A DNA stretch of 47,325 bases from a virus (lineage: Duplodnaviria > Heunggongvirae > Uroviricota > Caudoviricetes > Demerecviridae): positions 64,001 through 111,325 of the IMG/VR virus record IMGVR_UViG_2706796127_000001. The stretch is one strand, 5' to 3'. The notes under the pieces are model-generated. The model worked only from the letters and a program-made list of their open reading frames with translations. It was not told the DNA's origin and did no database searches. Shown here in pieces: positions 35,572 to 44,469 of the stretch. Within the stretch, counting starts at the first letter, position 1, and each line of letters begins with the position of its first letter. The translations under genes were made by a program, and so were the position numbers.

Positions 35572-36434
35572 TAAAGAACCCTCTGTACACCACAGCTATC
35601 TTCCCGGAGTGTGGTAAATGTGGTGATTTTGCCCGTTTCATCGTTAACTTGCGCAACCGTCAACTGCCCGTTGAAAACACCGCCAGTATCAAGATAAACA
35701 CGGTTTTTATAAAGAAGTGGGTAAGGAACCCCAGTGTGTCCGTGGAACACAAAATCTACCCCTTTAACCTCTGGCACTTCTACCGTGTATTTTTCTTTAA
35801 ATCCTGCATAACGCTGGAAATATGGGTGTTCCTCACCATTTTTGGACAAGTAGAAGCCTATTTCTTGGATTACATCTCGATCCCATAAATATGGTTCAAC
35901 ATGGTATCCCGGATGGTCATGTGGGTCTTCCTTAGCTGCTTCTACTTGCGCAATAAGATTATCCCATACTGGGGTTTCTACTTCATTACCACATTCTTTG
36001 TATGTAAAAGGTACACCACCATGAACAACACCAAATTTCTTACCACGATGTCTAACAGTTAGGAATATTGGCATTTTTTCAGCCATATCTTCGGCAATAT
36101 TTTTAATGGTGTCTGCATCCAGCTCATTCATAGCCCACATACCACCGTTATACATCCAATTAGCCCAATCTCCTACAATCATAAATTGGTCATGATTACC
36201 ACGGACACTGATAAAACGTGGATTATACAAGAATTTGGCTAAAACTTGTAAGTTTTGTGTGCCTCGATCAATTAAGTCACCAACACATACTACGCAATCT
36301 TTTTTGCTATTATACCCGGCTAATTTCAACGCATCTTCTAGTAAATCGTTGCATCCATGAATATCACCAACAAAGAATAAGTTAACATCATCAGGTACTA
36401 CTAGTGTTTTATGCACATTAAATTCTTTTTTCAT
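35571..36434 (-). CDS. Serine/threonine protein phosphatase (lambda NinI / PrpA-like)
   Basis: GDIHG, GDLIDRG, RGNHD, HGG, FHGHT, LDTG; likely start MKKEFNV (287 aa). Confidence 0.92.
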   Translation of the reverse strand: MKKEFNVHKTLVVPDDVNLFFVGDIHGCNDLLEDALKLAGYNSKKDCVVCVGDLIDRGTQNLQVLAKFLYNPRFISVRGNHDQFMIVGDWANWMYNGGMWAMNELDADTIKNIAEDMAEKMPIFLTVRHRGKKFGVVHGGVPFTYKECGNEVETPVWDNLIAQVEAAKEDPHDHPGYHVEPYLWDRDVIQEIGFYLSKNGEEHPYFQRYAGFKEKYTVEVPEVKGVDFVFHGHTGVPYPLLYKNRVYLDTGGVFNGQLTVAQVNDETGKITTFTTLREDSCGVQRVL

Positions 36435-36436
36435 AA

Positions 36437-36682
36437 TTATTCCCAAATAACATTTAAAATAGTTGTACCATAGTTATTCGATAGTTTGAGAGTATAACCC
36501 TCTTTATTAAGGGCTTTTATAGCTTCATAACTAATTTCATCACGATTAAACTGTACAAAAGAACCACCACATTCTACAGAAGATATAATCCGTCTTTTAA
36601 CGTATCTATACGGTTTCTTTCTGCTCTTGAGAAGAGCAGCTCTATTAACTCTAGCTAAACGTTTTGCTTGCTCTGCTAACAT
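36437..36682 (-). CDS. Basic hypothetical protein
   Basis: 81 aa, GGAGG SD. Confidence 0.75.
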   Translation of the reverse strand: MLAEQAKRLARVNRAALLKSRKKPYRYVKRRIISSVECGGSFVQFNRDEISYEAIKALNKEGYTLKLSNNYGTTILNVIWE

Positions 36683-36709
36683 TTAATCCTCCTACCAATC
36701 TATACAAAT

Positions 36710-36738
36710 ATTATACCAAAATTTTTAGCAAAAAGCAA
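36710..36738 (-). promoter_or_regulatory. Early promoter
   Basis: TTGCTT-17 bp-TATAAT. Confidence 0.8.
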
Positions 36739-36746
36739 GTAAAATA

Positions 36747-36774
36747 AAAGCCTGATCAGCTAAGATCAGGCTTT
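36747..36774. terminator. Intrinsic terminator after thioredoxin
   Basis: AAAGCCTGATC/GATCAGGCTTT stem. Confidence 0.75.
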
Positions 36775-36779
36775 GTTTA

Positions 36780-37070
36780 TTAGTCCTCTGGATTATCATC
36801 CAGGAAATTTTTAATAGCTTCGTGCATAGTTTCTTTACGAAGCTGACGTCCAATCAGAATATGATTAGCTTCTACTCGACCATTAGGTAAGCGATCTGCC
36901 AGAACTACTACAGGAACAGCTCTTACTCCGAACTTCTGCATTAATTCTGTGTTATCAGTCTCTTTATGGATTTCCAAATTATAGTCACTGACTACTTTAT
37001 CAAATACTGGCTCGAAAAGTTTACATGGGTTACAAGTGGAACCTTTTAATAAAAAAACTAATTTACTCAT
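36780..37070 (-). CDS. Thioredoxin
   Basis: CNPC active site; FGVRAVPVVV cis-Pro motif. Confidence 0.9.
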   Translation of the reverse strand: MSKLVFLLKGSTCNPCKLFEPVFDKVVSDYNLEIHKETDNTELMQKFGVRAVPVVVLADRLPNGRVEANHILIGRQLRKETMHEAIKNFLDDNPED

Positions 37071-37603
37071 TTATTTAACTCTCCAATATTAGGTATATAT
37101 CCTGTAAATTCTTCAAAAATAGCACGTTCCCCGTGCAATTTTGCTCTTAAAGTATTCGCAGATGTTACTGCTCTGTCTAGCTCATGGTATGTAAAACATC
37201 CTCCAGACTCATATTTACCATTACTATTCTGAACTTGTACATACCATCTTTGGTCTCTTTTATTCCATACAACTCCGGTATACCCTGATTTGCTTTTTCG
37301 TTTTACATTGCGATTATTTTCTTGTATAGTAGCTGATCTGAGATTATGCCATCTATTATCAGATCTAACCCTATTAATATGGTCTGATACTTCTGGCATT
37401 TCTCCCGTCATATAAAGGAAAGCAAGTCTATGCGCATACTCTTTCTCACCATCTACAGATATAGTTATATACCCACTAGATAGTGTAGTTCCTGCTACAG
37501 TTCCGGCTTTGCCTCCTTTACCTCTTACTCCTATTCTTCTAATAAATAGTCCGGTATCGGGATTATATTCAAATAATTCTTTTAGTCTTTCTTGGGTAAT
37601 CAT
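37067..37603 (-). CDS. HNH homing endonuclease with AP2-like tail (paralogue of 33564-34100)
   Basis: YAHRLAF...SDHINRVRSDNRWHNLR; N-terminus MITQERLKELFEY shared with the paralogue. Confidence 0.88.
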   Translation of the reverse strand: MITQERLKELFEYNPDTGLFIRRIGVRGKGGKAGTVAGTTLSSGYITISVDGEKEYAHRLAFLYMTGEMPEVSDHINRVRSDNRWHNLRSATIQENNRNVKRKSKSGYTGVVWNKRDQRWYVQVQNSNGKYESGGCFTYHELDRAVTSANTLRAKLHGERAIFEEFTGYIPNIGELNK

Positions 37604-38004
37604 AGTTTATTAATAGCTTCTAAGAAGTTTTTCATGCACTTAACAGTTGCGGTGCTCAGATCAAGATTTACGCCTAAACACTCGGTTAATGCTTCCTGAT
37701 AAGGAGCCTTTAATCTGCCTTCCGGGACTTCTACCTTCTTATATTCTTTATTTTTGACCTTTTTAATCATAGTCTCTAGTACAAGAAGCGGTAATTTAGC
37801 ACCTTCAATATTCACACCAAGCATTTCGGTCAGCATGTTATTAAGATCAAGACGAGTTAACTTTTTGCCCTTAGACATAGTAGTTCCTGCCTTCTTCTCA
37901 AGTTTTTTACGCTCTGGCGAATCGAGGTCACGTAATGCGATATTCAACTCATATGGAGCCATGTTATAATGTTCCGCCATTTGAGTATAGAAACGATCAG
38001 ACAT
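37600..38004 (-). CDS. Hypothetical protein
   Basis: 134 aa directly downstream of a promoter. Confidence 0.8.
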   Translation of the reverse strand: MSDRFYTQMAEHYNMAPYELNIALRDLDSPERKKLEKKAGTTMSKGKKLTRLDLNNMLTEMLGVNIEGAKLPLLVLETMIKKVKNKEYKKVEVPEGRLKAPYQEALTECLGVNLDLSTATVKCMKNFLEAINKL

Positions 38005-38037
38005 AATATATACCTCTCTTAATTAATTTATGTATAT

Positions 38038-38066
38038 ATTATATAATAACTAGGGCTAAAAGTCAA
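38038..38066 (-). promoter_or_regulatory. Early promoter
   Basis: TTGACT-17 bp-TATAAT. Confidence 0.8.
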
Positions 38067-38079
38067 CTACTTTTTTATC

Positions 38080-38496
38080 TTAATCTACTGCATGTATAAA
38101 TCTTTTCCTAACTAGATACATAGTTATTGGGTAAATTGAGTACATAAGTATTGGGGAGAAAAGGGTGAAATACGCTGTAACTCCCCCAGCTAACATCAAA
38201 GGTATTAATGCTAGAGTAAGGGCCATAAGAATCATGCCGAATGAAACAGCCAAAGCTATGGATACTGGATTCTCTAGTTCCATCCATAACCAACAGTACT
38301 TCGTATCTCCATGGCAATTGTATTTACAAACGCCGAATGAACCCATAATTATATACTCTAGTCCGTGAATAACCTTTATTAATAAGCTATTTCGGGTAGT
38401 TAATGCAAGGATAGTAAAGACTATCATTAAAACGAATACTACTAGACTTATTTTCCAGATACCTAGCAGCATCATAGTGAATAGTTCTGCAAACAT
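38080..38496 (-). CDS. Multi-pass membrane protein
   Basis: 138 aa, 3-4 hydrophobic helices. Confidence 0.75.
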   Translation of the reverse strand: MFAELFTMMLLGIWKISLVVFVLMIVFTILALTTRNSLLIKVIHGLEYIIMGSFGVCKYNCHGDTKYCWLWMELENPVSIALAVSFGMILMALTLALIPLMLAGGVTAYFTLFSPILMYSIYPITMYLVRKRFIHAVD

Positions 38497-38539
38497 GGCT
38501 TTCTCCTATCTTCAAAAGTTATTAAAGCCCCCTTTGCCT

Positions 38540-38562
38540 AAAAAGGCGGGAGTATTCCCGCC
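38540..38562 (-). terminator. Terminator after endolysin
   Basis: GGCGGGA/TCCCGCC stem plus T run on the minus strand. Confidence 0.7.
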
Positions 38563-38571
38563 GTATCTTAC

Positions 38572-38985
38572 TTAGATTAACTCAATGTGTGGACCATCAA
38601 AAGTACCACGTTGGATTTCATCCTTATAACTTCCGTTCTGGTTCCAATCACCACCCCATCTAATCTTTACCCCTAGCTCTTCCGCTGCCTTAAAGAAGGC
38701 ATCCGCCACCAGCTTGAACGATTCTAAGTCGTTCCAATCAATCTTCCCATTTTTAAGAGGAGCAAAATCTATCGCTCTGCCTTGAACATGTTTGGATTTG
38801 CTAGGATCTTTTAAGAAAGATGTACCATTCTTAATATTTTGGGCGCTTTGTTCTAAGGAACGTAATCCTTCTGTAATCGTAAAATCATATGGGCTTAATT
38901 CTAAAGCTCTATGAGTTACTCTTACTAAATCTGGATGAACACCCTTTAATCTATCTAAACTTCTTTTACTAAATTTAAAACTCAT
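38572..38985 (-). CDS. lys: Endolysin, L-alanyl-D-glutamate peptidase (M15 family)
   Basis: 137 aa; SKHVQGRAID, IRWGGDW, DGPHIEL zinc-peptidase motifs. Confidence 0.95.
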   Translation of the reverse strand: MSFKFSKRSLDRLKGVHPDLVRVTHRALELSPYDFTITEGLRSLEQSAQNIKNGTSFLKDPSKSKHVQGRAIDFAPLKNGKIDWNDLESFKLVADAFFKAAEELGVKIRWGGDWNQNGSYKDEIQRGTFDGPHIELI

Positions 38986-39638
38986 ATTGACCTACCTAAA
39001 GATCTCTGTTGTGGGGAACAGAGCTTTGCTAAATATTCCTTGAACTGTTCAGAATCGGCTGCATCTACAGGATTATCTTTCCAAGCAATACCAATATATC
39101 CAGCATAGATATTGTTTAGATTGAAATACGGACAAGTGTATATGTAATTAAAAGTAACGTTCTTAAACGCAGGTATATTTAACCCCATATATTTATTTAC
39201 TTTTACACTTAAATCCGATGCGTAGTTAAAGCCTTCCAAGTGACGTCTATATAGCTCAGACGTTTTATTTACCGCTTTATCGGCCAAGTCAGCCCTATCT
39301 AATTGCGCATTGCTTTCCCATGCAATAATGTTAGAATAATCATTAATGGCATCGGGTTTATACTTGACGACAAAAACAGCATCTGCACCCGTCTGAGAGA
39401 AGAGAACCATGCTCTTTTCCCTCGCCACATTAGGGAAGTTATCTATCCTCTGGATTTGTAAATCCTGTAAAACTGCAGACGTGGAAAAAGTCTTTAAGAA
39501 TGACATCACCTCACTAGTATTACTAACAAATAAGAAAATAATGACAGCAACTAAGATAGTTAGCAGACGTTTAAGAAGCGATGCTGGGTCTTTCGCTTCT
39601 TGGAGCAGTACTGTTAATAATTGTAAGAACTTTTCCAA
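38982..39638 (-). CDS. Holin (T4 T-like, single TM with periplasmic domain)
   Basis: TTG start at 39638 behind GAGGAGG gives 218 aa; one TM helix; ATGA overlap with the endolysin. Confidence 0.85.
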   Translation of the reverse strand: MEKFLQLLTVLLQEAKDPASLLKRLLTILVAVIIFLFVSNTSEVMSFLKTFSTSAVLQDLQIQRIDNFPNVAREKSMVLFSQTGADAVFVVKYKPDAINDYSNIIAWESNAQLDRADLADKAVNKTSELYRRHLEGFNYASDLSVKVNKYMGLNIPAFKNVTFNYIYTCPYFNLNNIYAGYIGIAWKDNPVDAADSEQFKEYLAKLCSPQQRSLGRSI

Positions 39639-39663
39639 TTTGTAACCTCCTCTAACCAGTACC

Positions 39664-39692
39664 ATTATACTAATTTTGGAGGAAAATTACAA
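39664..39692 (-). promoter_or_regulatory. Lysis-cassette promoter
   Basis: TTGTAA-17 bp-TATAAT. Confidence 0.6.
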
Positions 39693-39757
39693 TGTGTTTT
39701 TAAAGATTTTCTTTGGAGCACAAAATTTTGTCGTTGTCAAGAAGAATTTTAGATAAA

Positions 39758-39787
39758 AGAAAAGCCAGGGTCGTTAAACCCTGGCTT
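39758..39787 (-). terminator. Intrinsic terminator
   Basis: AAGCCAGGG/CCCTGGCTT stem plus T run on the minus strand. Confidence 0.75.
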
Positions 39788-39810
39788 AAAACTACTTACT
39801 CTTCGTTATG

Positions 39811-40395
39811 CTACTCTGATTGAGATAACTGGGCTTTATTACATTGCTCAGATCGATATTTTGCCAAGACTTCAATACGCTTATGGATTTCTTTGCTATC
39901 TAGATAGATATTTTTGTTATTTTTTACCATCTCGTCAATTTCATCTATAGAGAAGAACGGATAGTAGACATCTAGCATCATATCTTCTACGAACTTGTTG
40001 TAAGATTCATAGGCTTTCTTAATTTCTTGACCCTTCTCACAGAATCCCCCGGAGAACGTGTGTCCCATTAGTGTAGCATGTGGATGTACTACCCATCCAT
40101 GACAGGATAGGAAAATTGTGCAGTAAGCAGAAGCACTAGGACCAACCAGATGTCCTATAACTGTTCCACGGCAATTAGCAATTAAGTTAGATAACTGTGC
40201 AGCAGTATCAACATAACCACCAGGGCCATTAATCATCAGATTAATTTCGTCGTCCTCATTTGCTTGCATAAGTACCATTGATAAATCACGGTATTCATCC
40301 GGCGGGCCTAATTCTTCATCAAAGAAAAAGGTATACTCATTAGATTGGCGAATGGAGTGAAACAGGTTAGTCTTTTCTTCTTTTTTATTAGTCAT
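39811..40395 (-). CDS. ClpP-like protease subunit
   Basis: INLMINGPGGYV, SASAYCTIFL, LMGH; ClpP/crotonase family. Confidence 0.85.
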   Translation of the reverse strand: MTNKKEEKTNLFHSIRQSNEYTFFFDEELGPPDEYRDLSMVLMQANEDDEINLMINGPGGYVDTAAQLSNLIANCRGTVIGHLVGPSASAYCTIFLSCHGWVVHPHATLMGHTFSGGFCEKGQEIKKAYESYNKFVEDMMLDVYYPFFSIDEIDEMVKNNKNIYLDSKEIHKRIEVLAKYRSEQCNKAQLSQSE

Positions 40396-40407
40396 AGCGA
40401 TCCTTGA

Positions 40408-41160
40408 TTATCCAACTAGTGGTTCTAGCTTTAAGTCACAGAAGTTATAAACTTCTAGTTTAAGGTTATTGATACCATCGAATTTATTAACTAATTCGTG
40501 AGTAATATATTTTGCAGGAATACCACTTTCAGATGGATGATCTGATTTAATAGTGAACTTCTGCTCAGCGGGTACTACATTTACTATCAAAGAATCCATA
40601 TCTAAATGGTTTGTTTCTCTGAGTAACTCTCCTTCATTGGGGAATCTAACATCTGTTATTACGGCGACATCTGGGTCGTCTTTAGCGATGGATTGCTCCA
40701 GAATTATGAGCCAAATGCGTTCATGCACCAGCTGCCTTCCTAGCTCTGTTCCTACGAGCTGTAACATTTTTCTCGGAGAAATAAATAAACTATAAAGTCC
40801 GTCTTCTTTACTCTCTGAGATAAGTTGTTGAGGATTAAGATATTTTTCCTCAAAAATAGGCCAAACGTACGAGAAGTCTTCAAACTTATCGATACCGTAC
40901 TTAAACCACACATCTCTGGCTCGCTCCAATTGAGATTGTGTGACCGTAAACCATTGGTCAATCTCTTTTCCCCTGCGCTCTCCTAGAAACTCTGGAGTTA
41001 CACCGAGGATTACGGATGCAAGTTCATAAACGGGCTTAGCAAAACTATAACGACGGGATAAACACGTTGGATACGTGTCATTACACCAATCGATAATTAA
41101 TTTTGCAACGGTATCTTTTCCCGAACCAGCTTCACCATGTAAACCGACTAATACTGACAT
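40408..41160 (-). CDS. dnk: Deoxynucleoside monophosphate kinase
   Basis: GEAGSGKDTVA P-loop, PRKMLQLVGTE, ITDVRFPNE, HPSE. Confidence 0.95.
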   Translation of the reverse strand: MSVLVGLHGEAGSGKDTVAKLIIDWCNDTYPTCLSRRYSFAKPVYELASVILGVTPEFLGERRGKEIDQWFTVTQSQLERARDVWFKYGIDKFEDFSYVWPIFEEKYLNPQQLISESKEDGLYSLFISPRKMLQLVGTELGRQLVHERIWLIILEQSIAKDDPDVAVITDVRFPNEGELLRETNHLDMDSLIVNVVPAEQKFTIKSDHPSESGIPAKYITHELVNKFDGINNLKLEVYNFCDLKLEPLVG

Positions 41161-41513
41161 TAATCTTTCCTATTGTTAATTGGTGGGTAATATACTAAAC
41201 AACGTTTTTCTTGCAAATCTTGACGATAGAAGCAAACCATACCTGTCAGTCGTGAAATATATGAATATTCTGCCTCACGGCATTTTGCCAACATATTCCA
41301 ATCTTTATATGGTACAACAACTACTACGCCATCTTCCCCATTTGTAGCTAATTTCTTTTCAAACTTAAAGTCAAAGCTACAAGGTTGAAGTCCTTTAGGC
41401 CAGTCTACATGAGCTGTTGGTAGCTCATGTGTGGGTTCTGACTCTATTTCTTGTGCACAGCCTGTGATTGTGATTGCGGCTGCGAGCAGTATTCCAAGTT
41501 TTATTTTGTGCAT
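41160..41513 (-). CDS. o-spanin (outer-membrane lipoprotein)
   Basis: Lipobox ITG|C; Cys-containing periplasmic part; paired with the upstream i-spanin. Confidence 0.8.
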   Translation of the reverse strand: MHKIKLGILLAAAITITGCAQEIESEPTHELPTAHVDWPKGLQPCSFDFKFEKKLATNGEDGVVVVVPYKDWNMLAKCREAEYSYISRLTGMVCFYRQDLQEKRCLVYYPPINNRKD

Positions 41514-42199
41514 CTACGCACCTCATAATGTGTTTCTATGTATTGTTCCACTTCTACTGGAGAAACATTGAAAAACTCTGTACTTCCACTAAACCCCACA
41601 TAACTGCATCTTTTATTTTTATAGATACTATGTAGGTCAGCTTCGATCTTAACTGTTTCTTCCTTAGAACCCTTGCCGCAAATATAGTAAGATGATACTC
41701 TCAGGTCTTTAAAACCACTACAAGACTTAACTTCTAGAAGTCTTTTCTGCACATTCTTACTTATACCTATTTTTATGCCTTTATCGGAAACAAATATGTA
41801 TAAAAATCCTTGTGTATCCCAAGCTGTTTTGGCGCAATTTGGGCACCCACTATGATGTAAAACGTGGTTAGTGGTTGTCTCCCACTGATGGGAACATGTA
41901 TTACATAAAAACTTTAGCTTAGAAGTAGAATTAGTATATTCGCTTAGTAATACGATTTTTCTAGGACTGAGGAGTGAGTTAATCCTGTCTTTGGTTAACT
42001 TTTCATTGCCTGCACATTTTGGGCATCCTCTACCTTTATTTCTGACATTTGTAGGGGCTGTTAACCATGTATTAGAGCATATAAGACACTTAAATTGTGT
42101 CTTTGTCTTATTATGTTCATATTCCCCAACTAATCTTACTGTCCTACCTTGAGCTTCTAAATCTTTATTAAAGATTTCTTTATTTATTTTTACGCTCAT
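41501..42199 (-). CDS. Putative homing endonuclease (two Zn-ribbon repeats plus T5orf172/GIY-YIG-like domain) separating the spanin genes
   Basis: FKCLICSNTW...GCPKC, FLCNTCSHQW...GCPNC, FLYIF...KIGISKNVQKRL; paralogue of 11716-12390. Confidence 0.78.
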   Translation of the reverse strand: MSVKINKEIFNKDLEAQGRTVRLVGEYEHNKTKTQFKCLICSNTWLTAPTNVRNKGRGCPKCAGNEKLTKDRINSLLSPRKIVLLSEYTNSTSKLKFLCNTCSHQWETTTNHVLHHSGCPNCAKTAWDTQGFLYIFVSDKGIKIGISKNVQKRLLEVKSCSGFKDLRVSSYYICGKGSKEETVKIEADLHSIYKNKRCSYVGFSGSTEFFNVSPVEVEQYIETHYEVRRCTK

Positions 42200-42605
42200 C
42201 CCTACAGTACTCCAAGCTACCAGAAAGACATGCTAATCTCTCCTCAAATTCTTTACTCTGCTTTTTAGCAATTAATGTTACCAATCCAGGCTTTGCAGCT
42301 ATAATGTCTTGACGACTAAGTGCTTTATCAAGCTGACTAATCTTTTTGTCTAGATCTGCTTGCGAAATATTATTCATTGTGAAATACTGATTCATTCTAG
42401 TCTCACGAAGTTCGCTTTCAGCTTTCACTTTATTAAGGGAAGTCTCTAGAGAAGAAATCTTTTTAGTAGCTACCGCAAGATCTCCCGCCAAAGTCTCCAC
42501 TTTATTTACTAAGTGATAAGCACCGAATCCGATGCCTATCGCTAGACCTGCTCCCAGGATATACCACTTACCTTTCCATAGAGAACCGATAAAGTTTTTT
42601 ATCAT
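42180..42605 (-). CDS. i-spanin (inner membrane, coiled coil)
   Basis: N-terminal TM helix, long heptad region, C-terminal CxxxxxxxC. Confidence 0.8.
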   Translation of the reverse strand: MIKNFIGSLWKGKWYILGAGLAIGIGFGAYHLVNKVETLAGDLAVATKKISSLETSLNKVKAESELRETRMNQYFTMNNISQADLDKKISQLDKALSRQDIIAAKPGLVTLIAKKQSKEFEERLACLSGSLEYCRDERKNK

Positions 42606-43282
42606 CTTTTCATATTCCTGAATGACGTAACCGTATCAAATCCATGTGCTGTTAGGCGGTCTTTATCAGAGGTGGTAATAATATCTGGTTCTCCTGTTCC
42701 AAGTACACCCCAAATATACTGCTCGATCATCTGGTGTAAACGGTATAAGTTACTTTCAATTTCCTGCCACGGAATACCTGATAGGTGTAGACGCGGATTA
42801 GTTATAACCTTGAAGTATTTATTGTTATCTTTATCATTTGGAACTAATGAATCTAGAACTGCTAGCGGTACTCTTAACTCAGATAAGGCTTCTTTAGCTT
42901 TCGGGGTAACTTCTTCTTGCCATGATAAGATAGACTCTTTTGGCTTCCCCCTATTTATGTCTAGTAAAGAAAATCCTGCTGACCATCCATTCTCTTCTAG
43001 AATTTCTAACGCTTCATCCAGACTGAATGTTTTTACTTGGGTATCCAGTACATCAATGTGGTATAACCAGTAAATCTCCCCAGCTAGGAAGAAAGGCAAA
43101 ATTTTAAAGTAGCCAATCTTCCCCTCAATACGAGTAATCCTACGTTCTTGCATGATCATATAGTTGCCATCATCTGGGGCTTTTATTGTTAGCTCTTCAG
43201 TTTTACGTTCCCAAACACGATCTGCGTCAAATAAACTGTTCTGCAAATCATACACATCTACGAATTTAGAGATGATTCTCAT
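42602..43282 (-). CDS. Hypothetical protein
   Basis: 226 aa, GAGG SD. Confidence 0.85.
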   Translation of the reverse strand: MRIISKFVDVYDLQNSLFDADRVWERKTEELTIKAPDDGNYMIMQERRITRIEGKIGYFKILPFFLAGEIYWLYHIDVLDTQVKTFSLDEALEILEENGWSAGFSLLDINRGKPKESILSWQEEVTPKAKEALSELRVPLAVLDSLVPNDKDNNKYFKVITNPRLHLSGIPWQEIESNLYRLHQMIEQYIWGVLGTGEPDIITTSDKDRLTAHGFDTVTSFRNMKR

Positions 43283-43313
43283 ATTTAATCCTCTTGCCTC
43301 AATCTATGAGTAT

Positions 43314-43342
43314 ATTATACAAAAGTTTAGGCATCTAAGCAA
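43314..43342 (-). promoter_or_regulatory. Early promoter
   Basis: TTGCTT-17 bp-TATAAT. Confidence 0.8.
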
Positions 43343-43357
43343 CTAAAATTTTATTAT

Positions 43358-43392
43358 AAAAATAGCCCAGTCGCAAAAGTGCAGGCTGGGCT
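43358..43392 (-). terminator. Intrinsic terminator
   Basis: AGCCCAG/CTGGGCT stem plus T run on the minus strand. Confidence 0.7.
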
Positions 43393-43436
43393 TTGTCATT
43401 ATTTGCTTTTGCTAGTAAGTTGATTTAGTATCAATC

Positions 43437-43781
43437 TTATGTAATATTGGTTTCTCTAGCTTTGCGTAGTACCCCTGCATTTCTCCATAACTTAATATCG
43501 TCTACTGTTTCTTTATAAGGGGCTATGGTAAAACCTAGTGGGCCAGCACCAAATAATCCTAAGAATCCTATTGCACGCATGTAGAATAAACATTCTTCGC
43601 CTGTCATTTCTTCAACTGCTTTTCTTTGTTTTTCGTTTTCAAACTCGTGCTCCTTGTTGTCTATACGAAGGTGTTTAATGAACCATTCAGCAGAATGTTC
43701 ATCCAAATGTCTAATAATAGCTATCGCATATATAGCACCGATTAAAAACCAAGTTGTAACAAGAATTAGTAATATAGTCAT
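43437..43781 (-). CDS. Membrane protein
   Basis: Likely start MTILLILV behind GGAG (114 aa). Confidence 0.75.
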   Translation of the reverse strand: MTILLILVTTWFLIGAIYAIAIIRHLDEHSAEWFIKHLRIDNKEHEFENEKQRKAVEEMTGEECLFYMRAIGFLGLFGAGPLGFTIAPYKETVDDIKLWRNAGVLRKARETNIT

Positions 43782-43891
43782 ATTATCTCCAGTTAGGGCT
43801 AGCAGCCACCTCACCACTTACCGCACTAAGGGGCACGACTCCCTTATCCGTAACAATTGCAGGTGACGCAACTCGGTCCTACGCGAGTTCT

Positions 43892-44176
43892 TTAAGTATT
43901 CTGCATTTCAGCTTTAAATTTTTTCATATTACGAGTTTTTCTATAAAAGAAAAACACAGATGTTGGGCCTAGAAGAATATCCACAATAAATATCACAGAT
44001 CTAGCACATCTGAGTAATGTTTTATCATCAAGAGGAGGCAGATCTAACGGTCGAGTTTTATGTATAACGTATAATATTACATCTTTATTCTTAGAAATAT
44101 ACAGATCATCAACCAAGCTATAAATAGCTACTATAGACCCAATGACGAACCAAAGAGCAAATGGAGAGATAATCAT
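43892..44176 (-). CDS. Membrane protein
   Basis: 94 aa, two hydrophobic segments. Confidence 0.75.
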   Translation of the reverse strand: MIISPFALWFVIGSIVAIYSLVDDLYISKNKDVILYVIHKTRPLDLPPLDDKTLLRCARSVIFIVDILLGPTSVFFFYRKTRNMKKFKAEMQNT

Positions 44177-44469
44177 TTCAGATCCTTTTCATTAATTAGA
44201 ATATTAGTAAACAGTGGAGTAACTCCTAGACTCATAGTAGGTCCAAACGTATTCATGGCTACCCACAATTGCATAGTGATCATCCCATCTTTAATCTCTG
44301 GATCTTTATATTCTTCAATACGTTTTTTAGCAAAGGCAACTACATCTGGAGTACTACCGTTCTTTACAACATGATCATGCCAAAACTGAGCGTTTTCACT
44401 CCGTAGGAATGTTAAAACATCCTTAGTTGCTGGAATCTGCACTGTGCTATTGATGTTTAGTCTTTTCAC
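44173..44469 (-). CDS. Hypothetical protein
   Basis: 98 aa, GTG start overlapping the HNH stop. Confidence 0.75.
   Translation of the reverse strand: MKRLNINSTVQIPATKDVLTFLRSENAQFWHDHVVKNGSTPDVVAFAKKRIEEYKDPEIKDGMITMQLWVAMNTFGPTMSLGVTPLFTNILINEKDLK

Noticed and set aside
39639-39665. ATG start of the holin at 39665 as given in the ORF track
   Set aside because: That ATG lies in the promoter -10 element; the strong GAGGAGG SD supports TTG at 39638
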